Below, piece by piece: positions 12,901-22,635 of a DNA stretch of 37,408 bases. Location: the NCBI GenBank assembly GCA_000934665.2, contig KZ538258.1:62001-99408 (forward strand), read 5' to 3'. How positions within the stretch are numbered: the first letter of the stretch is position 1; every line of letters starts with the position of its first letter. The notes beneath the pieces were generated by a model, which searched no databases, was not told the DNA's origin, and saw only the letters and a list, made by a program, of their open reading frames with translations. The position numbers and the translations under genes are program-made. The stretch is from Catajapyx aquilonaris (lineage: Eukaryota).

Positions 12901-15900
12901 CACAGGGGCAGCAACAAATCAATCACTTTCCATTTCTACATTTATCTACTGAGAAGTTGTGTCTGACAACAGACACCTGACTTTACATGTGCAACAGCTT
13001 TGGCTCTGGTATCATCAAGAATTGATGCAATAATTGAAGGGTATGGTGCAAGAAGGGGGTAAGTCAATTTTTGATCAGCATTCATTTAATCTTTAATGGG
13101 TCGACTCTATTGATAAATAATTGCCAGATCTTTTGGTACAAGAACAGATATCATCGGCCTGCGCAGGGTGACACCCTTCTGCCCTTCACGGGTAATTACT
13201 GGCTTATTGTTTGCAATTAGCCTACTACACAATGGCCCATAAGACAGTTTTAAGGCATATCAAGTGTATATGGAATTCAAATGTTATAAACAAACTTCCT
13301 AAAAATAATATAGATAATGGATGCCCCGGCCACTACCACTATAACACACCCAGGCAACGCCAGGTAACCTGCTAGTATTAAATATGTGTATGGTTCTAAT
13401 ATTATGAATGTCTCTAAATTCTCCAGTGGCTTACCAGCTGATTGGTAAAGACCAATTGTACCACAGGAAGGGCATAAAACACAGCAACAGTGATGAGATT
13501 CCACAGGTACATTTGTGATTTCCTTGCCAGTGCTCGTGGCGACTTATGGGACAGGTCAGACACATAGAGTACTGGATGGCAGCGGTATATATCCTTCCAC
13601 ATGTCCACATCACCAAGATCATCATAATCTTCCTCAGCTACAGATGAGTCGGAATGGTAATCCTCCACTGAAGTCTGGGCTGTTGAACAATCATCTCCAC
13701 CAGAATCTTGGAAAGTAAACAAACATTAATTGACAAATTCATCTTATAATTATTTAGTTATAAAAATGAATCTATGCATCAGAGAGTAATTGAAAACTTT
13801 TTTATTTCAGAAGTTTCACTAGAGAAACTGAAAGTGAGATATACAGGGTGATCCAGAAGTAAGTACCTATTTTTATTTCCTAATAACTTTCAAACGGGTA
13901 CACCTACCGAAGTGAAACAGGGCTCAAAATGTGCGGGGATTCATAAGAATTTTTCTGGGGGACACTTCTTGCCGTTGTGGCACTGCTAGCCGTCGCAGCT
14001 TGACACTAATTGCCGTGGTGACGCTGCTAACGGGGGAATCCCCCGGGGGAATCTCCAAAGAGCCAGCAATTTGGCATGAATACGCTTCACTGTCCTTGAC
14101 TGCAGGGTGGCATTGACACCTCGTTCTCTGCGCCACCATCGCTGAACCTTGATGACACTGTCCCATACCTCCATACGGTTAGCGATGCGCACACGGTCAC
14201 TCACAGACAGTTGGTCCGACATTTTAGCCAAGCTTCCCCCGCTAGCAGCGTCACCACGGCAATTAGTGTCAAGCTGCGACGGCTAGCAGCGCCACAACGG
14301 CAATAAGTGTCCCCCCAAAAAATTCTTATGAATCCCCGCACATTTTGAGTCCTGTTTCACTTCGGTAGGTGTACCCGTTTGAAAGTTATTAGGAAATAAA
14401 AATAGGTACCTACTTCTGGATCACATATGAAAGGCCAAGTCTTTCTCTAATTTTAGAAATGGTCACCATACACTTTGGTGTTTTGTCCCAGCGGGACACT
14501 AGCTTTTCCATACCCCTGCAGAAAAAAGCGTCAGACTGGGTGGGAACCAAGTGGGGGATGGTCTCTTTCACTTCCTCGATGTCGCTGAATTTCTGACCTA
14601 CCAGGTGCTTCTTCATTGGTCCAAAGAGATGGTAGAACATGGGTAAAACCACCTCTTTGGACCAAAAAAGAAACACTAGCTTCTCAAGACCTCAGCAACA
14701 TCGAGGAAGTGAAAGAGACCATCCCACACTGGCTTCCCACCTACGCTGAAGTTCTGACCTGCCAGGTGCTTCTTTTTTGGTCCAAAGAGATGGTTTCACC
14801 CATGGTCTACCATCTCTTTGGACCAATGAAGAAGCACCTGGCAGGTCAGAACTTCAGCGACATCGAGGAAGTGAAAGAGGTCATCCCCCACTGACGTCCC
14901 ACCCAGTCTGACACTTTTTTCTACAGGAGTATGGAATAGCTAGTGTCCTGCTGGGACAAATGCATCAAAGAGTATGGTGACCATTTCTAAAATTATAGAG
15001 AGAGAGTTTCCCTTTCATATGTATATCTCAGTTACAGTTTTTCTAGTGAAACTTCTGAATTAAAAAAGTTTTCAATTATTTTCTGATTCACCCTCGTATA
15101 TAATTATTATGTTCAAAGTATTCCATATCAGACAAAAAATGGCCTATGTAACTTTACAGATGTTAGTGAAAGCATTTCAGTGGACATGTAAACTAAGGCC
15201 TTCCATAAAGTCAGCAGCAATCTAATCTGACACCAGACCTACACTCCCCTATTGGATGAACTAGAAACACCACCTCCTTGCTCACTAGCCAATCAAAATG
15301 AATGCCAGATTATAGATTTATAATTTACAATCTCTTTTAAGAAACAAAAATAAGCCAAGTTTTTGAAACATGTTTGGGGAGAGCATGAGAAATGTCTTGC
15401 TGCCTTGTGTCAGGAAGCATTAGATCTCAAATACTGGTACATTATCCTTGCCACTAGTCCATGATAGTTGTTGAGAATGAGCATATTCTCAGAGGCCTTA
15501 CATACATTACCCTAATCTTTGATTGCTTCCAGGGTAGTTCAAGAGCATATGAGGAGTGAATCTCCTACATTATCGAACTCGATATGTCCTGATCTTTCGT
15601 TCACACTAGAGTATAACCAAAACTTGGTCCATAGCCAAATGAATGCCCCTAGTCAGTCAATTGATATAAAAAAGCTGAGTTTAACTTTTGTAACATATTA
15701 TTGCACTAATCTCCCTAAAACTGTGAGCCAAAACAAAAGAAATCCTTTCACCCCTCCTTTAACCATTAAAACTACGTTAGTTTGCCCAGGTATGAAAACA
15801 ACAATTTGGTCCCGCACATCAATGAATTTTCAATGCTACTCCACAAAAATTGATGCAGGTAATGAAATTACAGCCTATTGTGTTGTAGTTCCTGACTGAG

Positions 15901-18900
15901 TTTGGGTTGAGGCATCCACCACCAACTGGTTCTATCAATGGGGATTCCAATGGCCCTCTTCTTGACCTGCAAAGGAGAATTACTCATTACTCAGAAAGTA
16001 ACTGCTGGATCCCAAGGTTAGCCTTAAACTCACCTAACAAAGTGGAAGCATGACATCACGAAAGAAAAGATGTAGAAGAGTACAAACACCGCAATGGCTC
16101 CTAGGATAGCATAAATGTAAAATTTCTGAGAAGTTTTTTCCAAAATTTCAAGCGTCACATTCTTCTCCCTGTCTGGGTATATGGTCTGAAAGCCTCCAAA
16201 GCATTTTGTGTCATCTGGTAGCACTACAAACACTATATAAAATCCACTTGGAAACATTTCTTTCTGAAAAGATAATGAACAATATTTAAATATTAGCAAT
16301 AACTCCATGTCCAAAACTTCACATGTTTACTTACTGTAACCATCATTCCACTGGTCTTATACATTGTCTGCCACATGCCATCAAAGTTAATGTTGCTTTC
16401 TGAGTCAAACACTGGGCACTGAAAATGGGAATTATTAAAGGAGCTGAAAGTAAATCGAAAATTTCAGGCACTTACTGTTATATTCTGGACTGAGACAGTC
16501 ATACATATATCATCGTGAGATGTTGCTTTCAATAAGACAGCATCAACATCCCTCGTGAAGTTGAACTGGTAATAGTAAGGCTCAGATGGTGACACTACTG
16601 CCTGGCGAGTATCACCAACACTAGAAGCACATGTATGCACATTAATAATGTGACCCATAATTAAGACAGGTGACGAATCCATACCTGACATCAAAGTCAG
16701 AGTAGAGTGTAATAACCTTTACACTAAATGTGATATTCACACTACTCCAAGTTGACACCCCAAGCACAATAGTTTTTGTTTCATTCTCGTTCAACCTGGG
16801 ATAATTCTCCTCTGGACATAATGTGTGGCTGCTTCTATTGTATTGCTTTGGGCCTGTTGCTGATGTCACAATTAAAGGAAGCTGCCATGACATTAATCCT
16901 CTTTGTTGCCAGACCACAAACAAGAGTGGGGCAGTCTTGTTTGCATCAGATGTCTCTGTGAATACTCGGACTGCCCTCACCTGAAATTTTTATGCATTAG
17001 TATTATCTCATCATAACATTAAAATGGTCACCAAACCAGTAATTTCTGTGATCAAGCATCATTCTACCAGGTGCATGCACACTGTATGTCAAGAGGAAAG
17101 AATCAAAGTCAGGAAGCCAGAAATGGTATTTCTATTGCAATTCACTGGGACATGACAGAGGCTTCTGTGATGAAACTACACCAATTACAGTCTTCTACCA
17201 CACTGCCAAACAAGACAAAAACTTTGGCACATCATTCCACATGCATAAATGCTCTCACAGAGGTTTGCATGCACATGGTCAAATGATGCATGGGTTTGCG
17301 TCAACATGCATAATTCTCTAGTTTCTTTGCATGGCATCACTAAACCTATGGTCAAGGTGCATCCCATCTGCCATCTCTGTGTAAAGGGAAGCAGTTAAAG
17401 CCCAGTAACATATGAATGCTCAGTGAATGTCAAGAAATGCCCAGGCAATGCAATGTACTGAATGTCCTGTGTTCAATAAAAAATGATCAGTGATCATGTG
17501 ATGCTTAGAATTGAACGTTGGCCTTTCGTCCACTTGTCAATGTACTTTACATGTGAAGTAAATGTGTGACAATGGACCTAAATAACACCAGGCAAGTTAT
17601 ATTCTGTAAATGATAATCAACACATGGATATTACACAGTATATTAAAAGTTGACAATAAAATTTGAATGTCCCGATATAAGGCATATGAATGTACGTGAA
17701 CATTTAGAAAGCAATGGAAATGTTCAGAAATGGCATTCACTCAACATACTGGGAGCCATGCTTGCTTTGGCTTTCAAAAGATTGAATGCTGTAACTGTAA
17801 TGCTTCATATAAATGGGCCTTTACAAAATATACGGGTTAAAAGTGCACGGCTGCAAGAATGGAAGCATACCTACCAGGATATTTCATACATTTGGTTTGG
17901 ATTTTATTATCTGAGTAATGAGACTTCTCAGAAAAACTGATAGGATCCTCTGATTGCCAACAAGATCTGTGACGAACTACTGAGCAAAACGAAGGACTGA
18001 AGGATTTGCCTTGATCCTTTGTAATGTTCAGGGAGGTTCCCCTCCTTTCACAGCTGAATATGGGATTGGTCACAGTCTATTCCCTGTGAAATGGATGAAC
18101 TTGCATATTCTTACAGCCCCGTAGGTCTGTACTCGCACACATTTTTCACTGTAACATTATTTTAGTACAGTGCGAGATGCATTCCAAAAAATTTGACAAT
18201 TATCAAAATCATGGAAATCCACCTCGGTTATTGCAGCATGCCAGCCACCCTTGGGTTATACCGGCATGTTGCTTTAAGTGAGGCAATACAGTATCGTGTT
18301 TCTGGCTCAAGTTGGCACCCTGGTGGACTGCATGTGCTCACCAGCAGGCTGTGCAATTAATAATCCAAGATGCACACTTGAGCTAGATATACAAGTCTTT
18401 TAATCTGAAGTTGAGCTGACATTTGCATCAAAAGTACATAGCTTGATCAAATGAAAACAAGATTTTGCCATAAAAACCTTTTAAACCTGGCATTGGGATG
18501 CCATTCCACAGGGACAGTTGAAGGCTTGTATCTTTACTTCAAGCATTTTATTGAAAGGTGGAGGGGAAGTTGGGCACCAACTGTGTAAAGATGGCCATGT
18601 GCCTTCAGTAATCCTCCAGAGGTCAGAGAGCTTAGTATAAACAAGAGACAAATGGAATAAAATTGTTTACAAAGGCTGTACAAGACATTTAACTTTTCAA
18701 GAATGATCCAGTTGCTTTGTGTGATGTCAAAAGGTCATTTTCAGCATATAAAGTTGTACTGTCACACAGGAATCGCCGACAAATAATAAAAATAAAAACT
18801 AAAATATTAAACAACTGCTAATTTGTTACTGTGTTGCAAAATTACATGGCCAAGAGTAGGCATGGGACTGAAAATAAATTAGGACCTGCTTGATATTTTA

Positions 18901-20132
18901 GTGCCTATTTAACAGCATATTTCAACTGTTTTCAGGACCTAAATGCCTACCTATTTGACGGTTTTTTAGAACCTAGAAATCCGTTACTTTGGTTATGAGT
19001 AACATACAGATCCAAAACAGTTCATCAAAAGCATGTGAAATAACCAGTACAATTGTTTTCACTTTTCTCGTTTTCATTTGATCCTCCCTCATACTTTTCT
19101 TCCAATCATTATTTCAAGCATCTGTTAATTCAAGCCACACTGCACATATTTTTAAGACATAAATTCATTATTTTAACATAGAAGTGCAGCACTGAGGCAG
19201 GCCTTATGATTATGCAATACATGTACAGGCCTACCACAGAGGTTACCATGAAAGAAAATAACCCAGAACCACACATGCGCTTGACACTAATATCAGCTGA
19301 GTCATGCTAGGAGATAATGGCAGATGGTGTATGGTGCTGCATTCAGATTAACCTATCTGGGAACACCATTGGTCTATGGCTATTTATTCAGGTTTAAGCC
19401 ACCTGTTAGTAACAGGGCTTTGTACCACCCATGAACAAGCAAGCAATGGAATTTAGGTACCAACATCACAAGCCATTAATTGTCAGTGTGACTGTTAATC
19501 CTGGAACCGTGCCATGGGGTCTTTTTGGACCCCAAGGAAAAAAATGCATTAAAATGATCATTACAATGAACTTTTGCCATTTTTTTACAGTATATAACAG
19601 GAAGTGCAGGTTTATTTTGAATTAGCGATCCTTTTAGGCATTGTTCAAAGAATGATTGGATATAGTCAATACATTGGAAAGTATTATATAATAATTAATA
19701 AAAATTAAAATATGGTGGATTCCGAAAAGACCCTACGGCACGGTTCTGTAATACTCGTAGGCACCGCACGGTTCCAGGGTTAACAATGTTGAAAGCAGTT
19801 GAAAGTCATAGTCGGCACTGTCACATTGGTACCCCAGTTCAAATGCCACTACATTATACCTCTGGTCCATACTGGAACTGGAAAAGATACTCTTCAGTGT
19901 GGTTGATAGTTCTTGTGTAGAGCTGACTAAGATTTCCCACCACTACAATAGGGTTAACAGTATCCCTCGACCTGTCCTGGTTGGACTGGCCATGTCCGCC
20001 AAAGGCTGACCTCAGCACGGCCGCTCTCGATACTCTCTCCGACCCGGAGTGCGATTCTCCTGCGGCCCTGGGGCATCCTGTACACAGGACGAGCACCACG
20101 AGAAGGAACATAGAGTCCCAGGCGCCCATCAT
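3893..20132 (-). CDS. SIDT1: SID1 transmembrane family member (SID-1-like / SIDT1/2-like), 13 coding exons, ~825 aa
   Basis: Exons 20132-19860, 16980-16685, 16620-16476, 16418-16335, 16263-16034, 15966-15872, 13706-13435, 11396-11199, 11131-11014, 8386-8036, 4422-4295, 4237-4013, 3955-3893. All introns are GT-AG with compatible phases; total 2478 nt = 825 aa + TGA. Signal peptide [19 protein letters not shown]. Family motifs: [124 protein letters not shown]. The symbol denotes the family; orthology to SIDT1 versus SIDT2 is not resolvable. Confidence 0.95.
4013..4237 (-). CDS. SIDT1: SID-1-like exon 12
   Basis: LRHRERI...[33 protein letters not shown]; donor |GTGAGT. Confidence 0.95.
4295..4422 (-). 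CDS. SIDT1: SID-1-like exon 11
   Basis: [12 protein letters not shown]...[25 protein letters not shown]; donor |GTATTT. Confidence 0.95.
4828..5518. mobile_element. Long palindromic MITE with TTAA TSD (Kolobok-like)
   Basis: TTAA at 4824-4827 and 5519-5522; purine-start termini GAGGGAACCCAGTCCGCAGCAGC / GCTGCTGCGGACTGGGTTTCCCC; inverted arms of ~315 bp. The superfamily call rests on TSD and termini only. Confidence 0.8.
6377..6745. mobile_element. Tc1/mariner-type palindromic MITE
   Basis: TA|CAGGGTGGTCCAACTTTTTTGTCCGAACAGCTAT and its exact reverse complement ending CACCCTG|TA; arms of ~155 bp. Confidence 0.9.
6755..7020 (-). mobile_element. tRNA-Gly-derived SINE
   Basis: A box TGGCCTAATGG (7008-6998), B box GGTTCAAATCC (6965-6955). 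CTGGCCAGCCAAGCGGGAGGCCGGGGTTC resembles tRNA-Gly(GCC) CTCGCCTGCCACGCGGGAGGCCCGGGTTC, but there is no proper acceptor stem; a GC-rich body follows. Confidence 0.75.
7161..7280. mobile_element. 120-bp mini-element with 8-9-bp TSD (hAT- or MULE-like)
   Basis: GGCAAAAAC repeated at 7152-7160 and 7281-7289; TIR GGGTAAATCACT / AGTGATTTACCC; five internal (C)GGACTTG(G) motifs. Confidence 0.8.
8036..8386 (-). CDS. SIDT1: SID-1-like exon 10
   Basis: Acceptor [16 protein letters not shown]...[13 protein letters not shown]...YYMGRWKLD...DRMVLLII; donor G|GTAATT. Confidence 0.95.
8678..8959. mobile_element. hAT-Charlie-like MITE
   Basis: TIR CAGTGCTTCCC / GGGAAGCACTG; four subterminal GGGTCG motifs; TSD not conserved. 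Confidence 0.7.
9295..10517 (-). mobile_element. Near full-length decayed mariner transposon (transposase pseudogene)
   Basis: TA|TTAGGTTGGAAAGAA TIRs at both ends; 1223 bp. Minus-strand remnants WVPHE (WVPHEL motif, ~10030-10045), [10 protein letters not shown] (YSPDLAPSDY motif, ~9550-9585) and an HTH-like SKAGR...[10 protein letters not shown]; multiple stops and frameshifts. Confidence 0.92.
11014..11131 (-). CDS. SIDT1: SID-1-like exon 9
   Basis: [39 protein letters not shown]; donor G|GTACGT. Confidence 0.95.
11199..11396 (-). CDS. SIDT1: SID-1-like exon 8
   Basis: [43 protein letters not shown]; donor |GTGAGT. Confidence 0.95.
11591..11731. repeat. Small inverted-repeat element (probable MITE)
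   Basis: ATTGTATTGTTGGTTTCCAGTTGTACCAACT versus AGTTGGCACAACTGAAAACCAACAATACAAT, plus outer CATAGGT / ACCTATG. Confidence 0.6.
11941..13375 (+). mobile_element. Helitron-like remnant(s)
   Basis: 5' A|TCTATATCTATAAATGAGGATGTT at 11941; 3' hairpin ACCCAGGCAACGCCAGGT followed by CTAG|T at 13348-13376; a second degenerate CAACGCC...CTAG end at ~12851-12875. Pairing of the ends is uncertain. Confidence 0.5.
12146..12714. mobile_element. pogo/Tigger-type non-autonomous element
   Basis: CAGTAAAACTTCTA / TAGAAGTTTCACTG|TA termini with repeated TAA(G/C)TCGAA subterminal motifs. Confidence 0.75.
13435..13706 (-). CDS. SIDT1: SID-1-like exon 7
   Basis: Acidic loop, then KDIYR..LYVSDLS.K...[25 protein letters not shown]; donor |GTAAGC. 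Confidence 0.92.
13778..15096. mobile_element. Second mariner 3'-end fold-back element, related to 1613-2219, interrupted by an insertion
   Basis: Right end CACCCTCG|TA; arms translate to [22 protein letters not shown]...[15 protein letters not shown]; left arm split at the TA at 13842-13843. Confidence 0.85.
13844..14424 (-). mobile_element. Tc1-like fold-back MITE carrying an N-terminal transposase fragment (DUF4817-like HTH)
   Basis: TA|CAGGGTGATCCAGAAGTA left end; ~190-bp near-perfect arms 13844-14038 / 14234-14424; the spacer encodes [35 protein letters not shown]...TVKRIHAKL; the right tip lacks its last few bases. Confidence 0.85.
15872..15966 (-). CDS. SIDT1: SID-1-like exon 6 (variable cytoplasmic loop)
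   Basis: Acceptor TTTGCAG|, open frame [16 protein letters not shown]...NYNTIG, donor T|GTAATT. Phases bridge exons 5 and 7; poorly conserved region, so the boundary is less certain. Confidence 0.65.
16034..16263 (-). CDS. SIDT1: SID-1-like exon 5 (end of ectodomain, TM1)
   Basis: [19 protein letters not shown]...[17 protein letters not shown]; donor AG|GTGAGT. Confidence 0.92.
16335..16418 (-). CDS. SIDT1: SID-1-like exon 4
   Basis: Acceptor TTTTCAG|; [28 protein letters not shown]; donor |GTAAGT; too short for the ORF track. Confidence 0.92.
16476..16620 (-). CDS. SIDT1: SID-1-like exon 3
   Basis: Acceptor TTCTAG|; [13 protein letters not shown]...[10 protein letters not shown]; donor |GTAAGT. 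Confidence 0.92.
16685..16980 (-). CDS. SIDT1: SID-1-like exon 2
   Basis: Acceptor TTTCAG|GTG; VRAVRV...[19 protein letters not shown]...SHTLCP; donor AG|GTATGG. Confidence 0.92.
19499..19779. mobile_element. piggyBac-like MITE
   Basis: TTAA at 19495-19498 and 19780-19783; TIR CCTGGAACCGTGC / GCACGGTTCCAGGG; subterminal GGGTCTTTT / AAAAGACCC. Confidence 0.8.
19860..20132 (-). CDS. SIDT1: SID-1-like exon 1 (signal peptide, start of ectodomain)
   Basis: [17 protein letters not shown]...[12 protein letters not shown]; donor GAG|GTATAA. Upstream in-frame ATGs (to 20210) exist, so the start choice is inferred from the signal peptide. Confidence 0.8.
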
Positions 20133-20585
20133 CCGCACATCTATTGCAGACGCCACAGTGCCATATCTAATCAGCTGTTTCATGCACGGAAAGAGAGCCA
20201 GTGCAATCATGTGAAATGTCGTCTCTGACTCTACATCTAGTTTTAAAACTGTCCGTTGGTTGGCGCTGTTCAGCCATGGTAATGCGGCGCCACTACACGG
20301 CCAATATCAACACCACGATCCTGCACCCAATACGAAATAGTAGGCTACACGTCAATTGGCCTACGTGGTCTATAGAAACTAGAAAGCTACCAGTACTGTA
20401 GCCTACATTTGAACTTTTATTACCCGGATCTCCAACATTAACACATTTGTACACTATTTAATGCTATAAAAACAGTAAATGGGGACCATTTTTTTCACAT
20501 GACTTCATTTTTCAGATAAATTTTTTGTAGGCTATACTGAACCTTATAGCAACACATAAGAAGAATGTCGTTCATCCGAATAAAT

Positions 20586-20694
20586 GGGTGGAATTTTCGT
20601 CGTACGACTAGTTACTCTTAACTTAGTAGTACCACTGTAATGCAATGGTGCTGCTAAGTTAGCAGTAACTAGTAGTACGACGAAAATTCCACCC
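20586..20694. mobile_element. 109-bp hairpin MITE with 3-bp TSD (PIF/Harbinger-like)
   Basis: GGGTGGAATTTTCGTCGTAC / GTACGACGAAAATTCCACCC, paired almost to the centre; AAT on both flanks. Confidence 0.7.
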
Positions 20695-21282
20695 AATGAC
20701 TTTATGATTCGAAAACATCCCAGCCAGGACTCAATCCGTAAGTTCTTTGGGCAATACAATAAAAACACTTGACGAAATCCGCAACAACTTCGAATAGTGG
20801 AGACTGAAATGCATATATTCATAGTAAAGTATTGGGCTGTAGGACCTAAAGGTTGGGCCAGCCGCTCAGCCCATATGCCCTCTCTCCAGTAAATATAAAT
20901 TATTCCCTTATTACCATTAGTTCCTGTTATGGAAAACTTTCTTAAGTCACTGCATGGCACCATTTTATTTAAATTATTTTTTGAATATTGCGGCAGATGG
21001 TTGGATCTTACACGCGAAGCGAAGCCTTAGTTTACTGCTTTGTATGATACAAGCATATGTTTGTTAAAATCCAACACATGTATTTTTATTGAAGTAGGGG
21101 CCTACAGAAGGTACAGTACTGCTATATGTTTAGAATATAGGCATAGTCTATTTTATTGTACATTGTTTTTGTTGATGTCGGAATGTGGGTAATTCTTAAA
21201 TAAAATTGCACCTATGTCGTATGAATATTTTTTCCGTACAATGAAATATACGACCTATCAACAACTGATGAACTCGTTTAAT

Positions 21283-21644
21283 TTAGATGTCTTCAATATC
21301 GACAGCAGCAATACTGGCGGAACGGTTAGGATGCTCTTGCTGATGATGTACGTAGAGGAGGCACTCTCCTTTCATATACATGGTCATGGCGGTCAGGATC
21401 AGGCCAAAATTCATGAAAAGTACAGTTGGAACGGCGTTCAAGTAGGGGAGCATCATGGCCTTCTCTCGCTGCAATGGATTGTACGGAAATCAGATTTGTC
21501 GTACTGTGCGACAAAAGAATGTGTGATGCGCCGGTAGGCCTACTTACTTTCACCACTCCATACATGAACATTATCGAAGTTAACCAGAAGACGATGCCCA
21601 GCGCAAGGTCGACCTCGATGATAGACCTTGACACTGCCCCACTG
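21283..21644 (-). CDS. Partial small multi-pass membrane protein (last two exons 21644-21548 and 21468-21283); 5' exons not identified
   Basis: SGAVSRSIIEVDLALGIVFWLTSIMFMYGVVK|GTAAGT...TTGCAG|REKAMMLPYLNAVPTVLFMNFGLILTAMTMY...stop. Strong splice sites join in frame and give two hydrophobic helices. The 'MYGVVK-R...MLPYL' pattern resembles LAPTM/DUF4728-like 4-TM proteins (recall, not searched). Confidence 0.55.
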
Positions 21645-21725
21645 CTGATACAATATATCAGTAATTAGACTTAGAATTTTTATGTTCATTGCAGGTAGAC
21701 GGCGTAGCCCTAAGCTACATGTTAA

Positions 21726-21793
21726 TATATCGCTAATGCGATCAATATTATTGATACATATGTATCAATAATATTGATCGCATTAGCGATATA
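21726..21793. repeat. Perfect 68-bp palindrome without spacer
   Basis: TATATCGCTAATGCGATCAATATTATTGATACAT followed directly by its exact reverse complement. Confidence 0.95.
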
Positions 21794-21799
21794 ATTGTT

Positions 21800-22080
21800 G
21801 TAGACGTAGTTGTTATCCTATCAGTTACTTTCATTATTCAATATCATATTAGATATTTTATTATTGGAAACTATCGGCATTTCATTATGGGAAATTATCG
21901 ACGTCATTATTGGAACTTTTATCGATATGCCATTATCTGATATTATTGATACCGGTATTTAATTATTTGATATGTCATAATCGATATTTACTTATTTGAA
22001 AATCTTATTTCAGTGTTTCATATCAAAACTGCATTTCATTACTCGTTAATACCTTCATATCGCATTATTGATATCTTTTA
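21800..22080. repeat. Degenerate AT-rich minisatellite (CATTAT(T/C)GATAT-like units)
   Basis: Recurrent TTATCGATAT / CATTATTG motifs. Confidence 0.55.
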
Positions 22081-22113
22081 ACAACATTGTTGTCATCTGT
22101 GCAATGATGTCAG

Positions 22114-22249
22114 TGGCCATAGAGAGAAGGAGTGAACCCTAGACGAGTTCTGAACTGTCTTAACGTGCACGTAGTATAGGGGCATCCTGGGAGTGCATGC
22201 AATTAAATGCTAAATTTGGTCTATAAGGTTCACTCCTTCTCTCTGGCCA
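22114..22249. mobile_element. Small TIR element (MITE)
   Basis: GAGAGAAGGAGTGAACC / GGTTCACTCCTTCTCTC with outer TGGCCA. Confidence 0.65.
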
Positions 22250-22635
22250 TCACTCATATTTGTGTTTCTGAGAAGAAAGTCTACTGCATTCTTGAAAAAA
22301 TTGTTTCAAGCATATTTTTTCACAGAATGATGTTTACAACAGCATGTAACATAGTATTGGCTGACATCTTATATCACAAAGCAAGTTCCATTATTTTCAT
22401 GTTGCTCTTTGTTTCATTTAATGAACTTGCTAAATATAAATAAATGATTTGTTATCTGATTGCTTCCATTGCTTGTAAAGTGGAATAATAATGCTGATTT
22501 TTATTTGGTTTCATGAACGATGCTGCTGTCATCCAATGAAGCAAAAATGAAATTTTGTCACATATCTTTACAGAAACCACAACATATGGTGGCAAGAGCT
22601 CTTGATGGTGGTCACATAATTGAGGGGTCTGTGAC

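Noticed and set aside
13030..13200. Weak inverted repeat GAAGGG...CCCTTC
   Set aside because: Too short and diverged to call an element.
15235..15610. Possible extra small exons in the SID-like cytoplasmic loop
   Set aside because: Phases do not fit the exon 6 donor, and exons 6 and 7 already join in frame at a family-typical length; needs RNA-seq.
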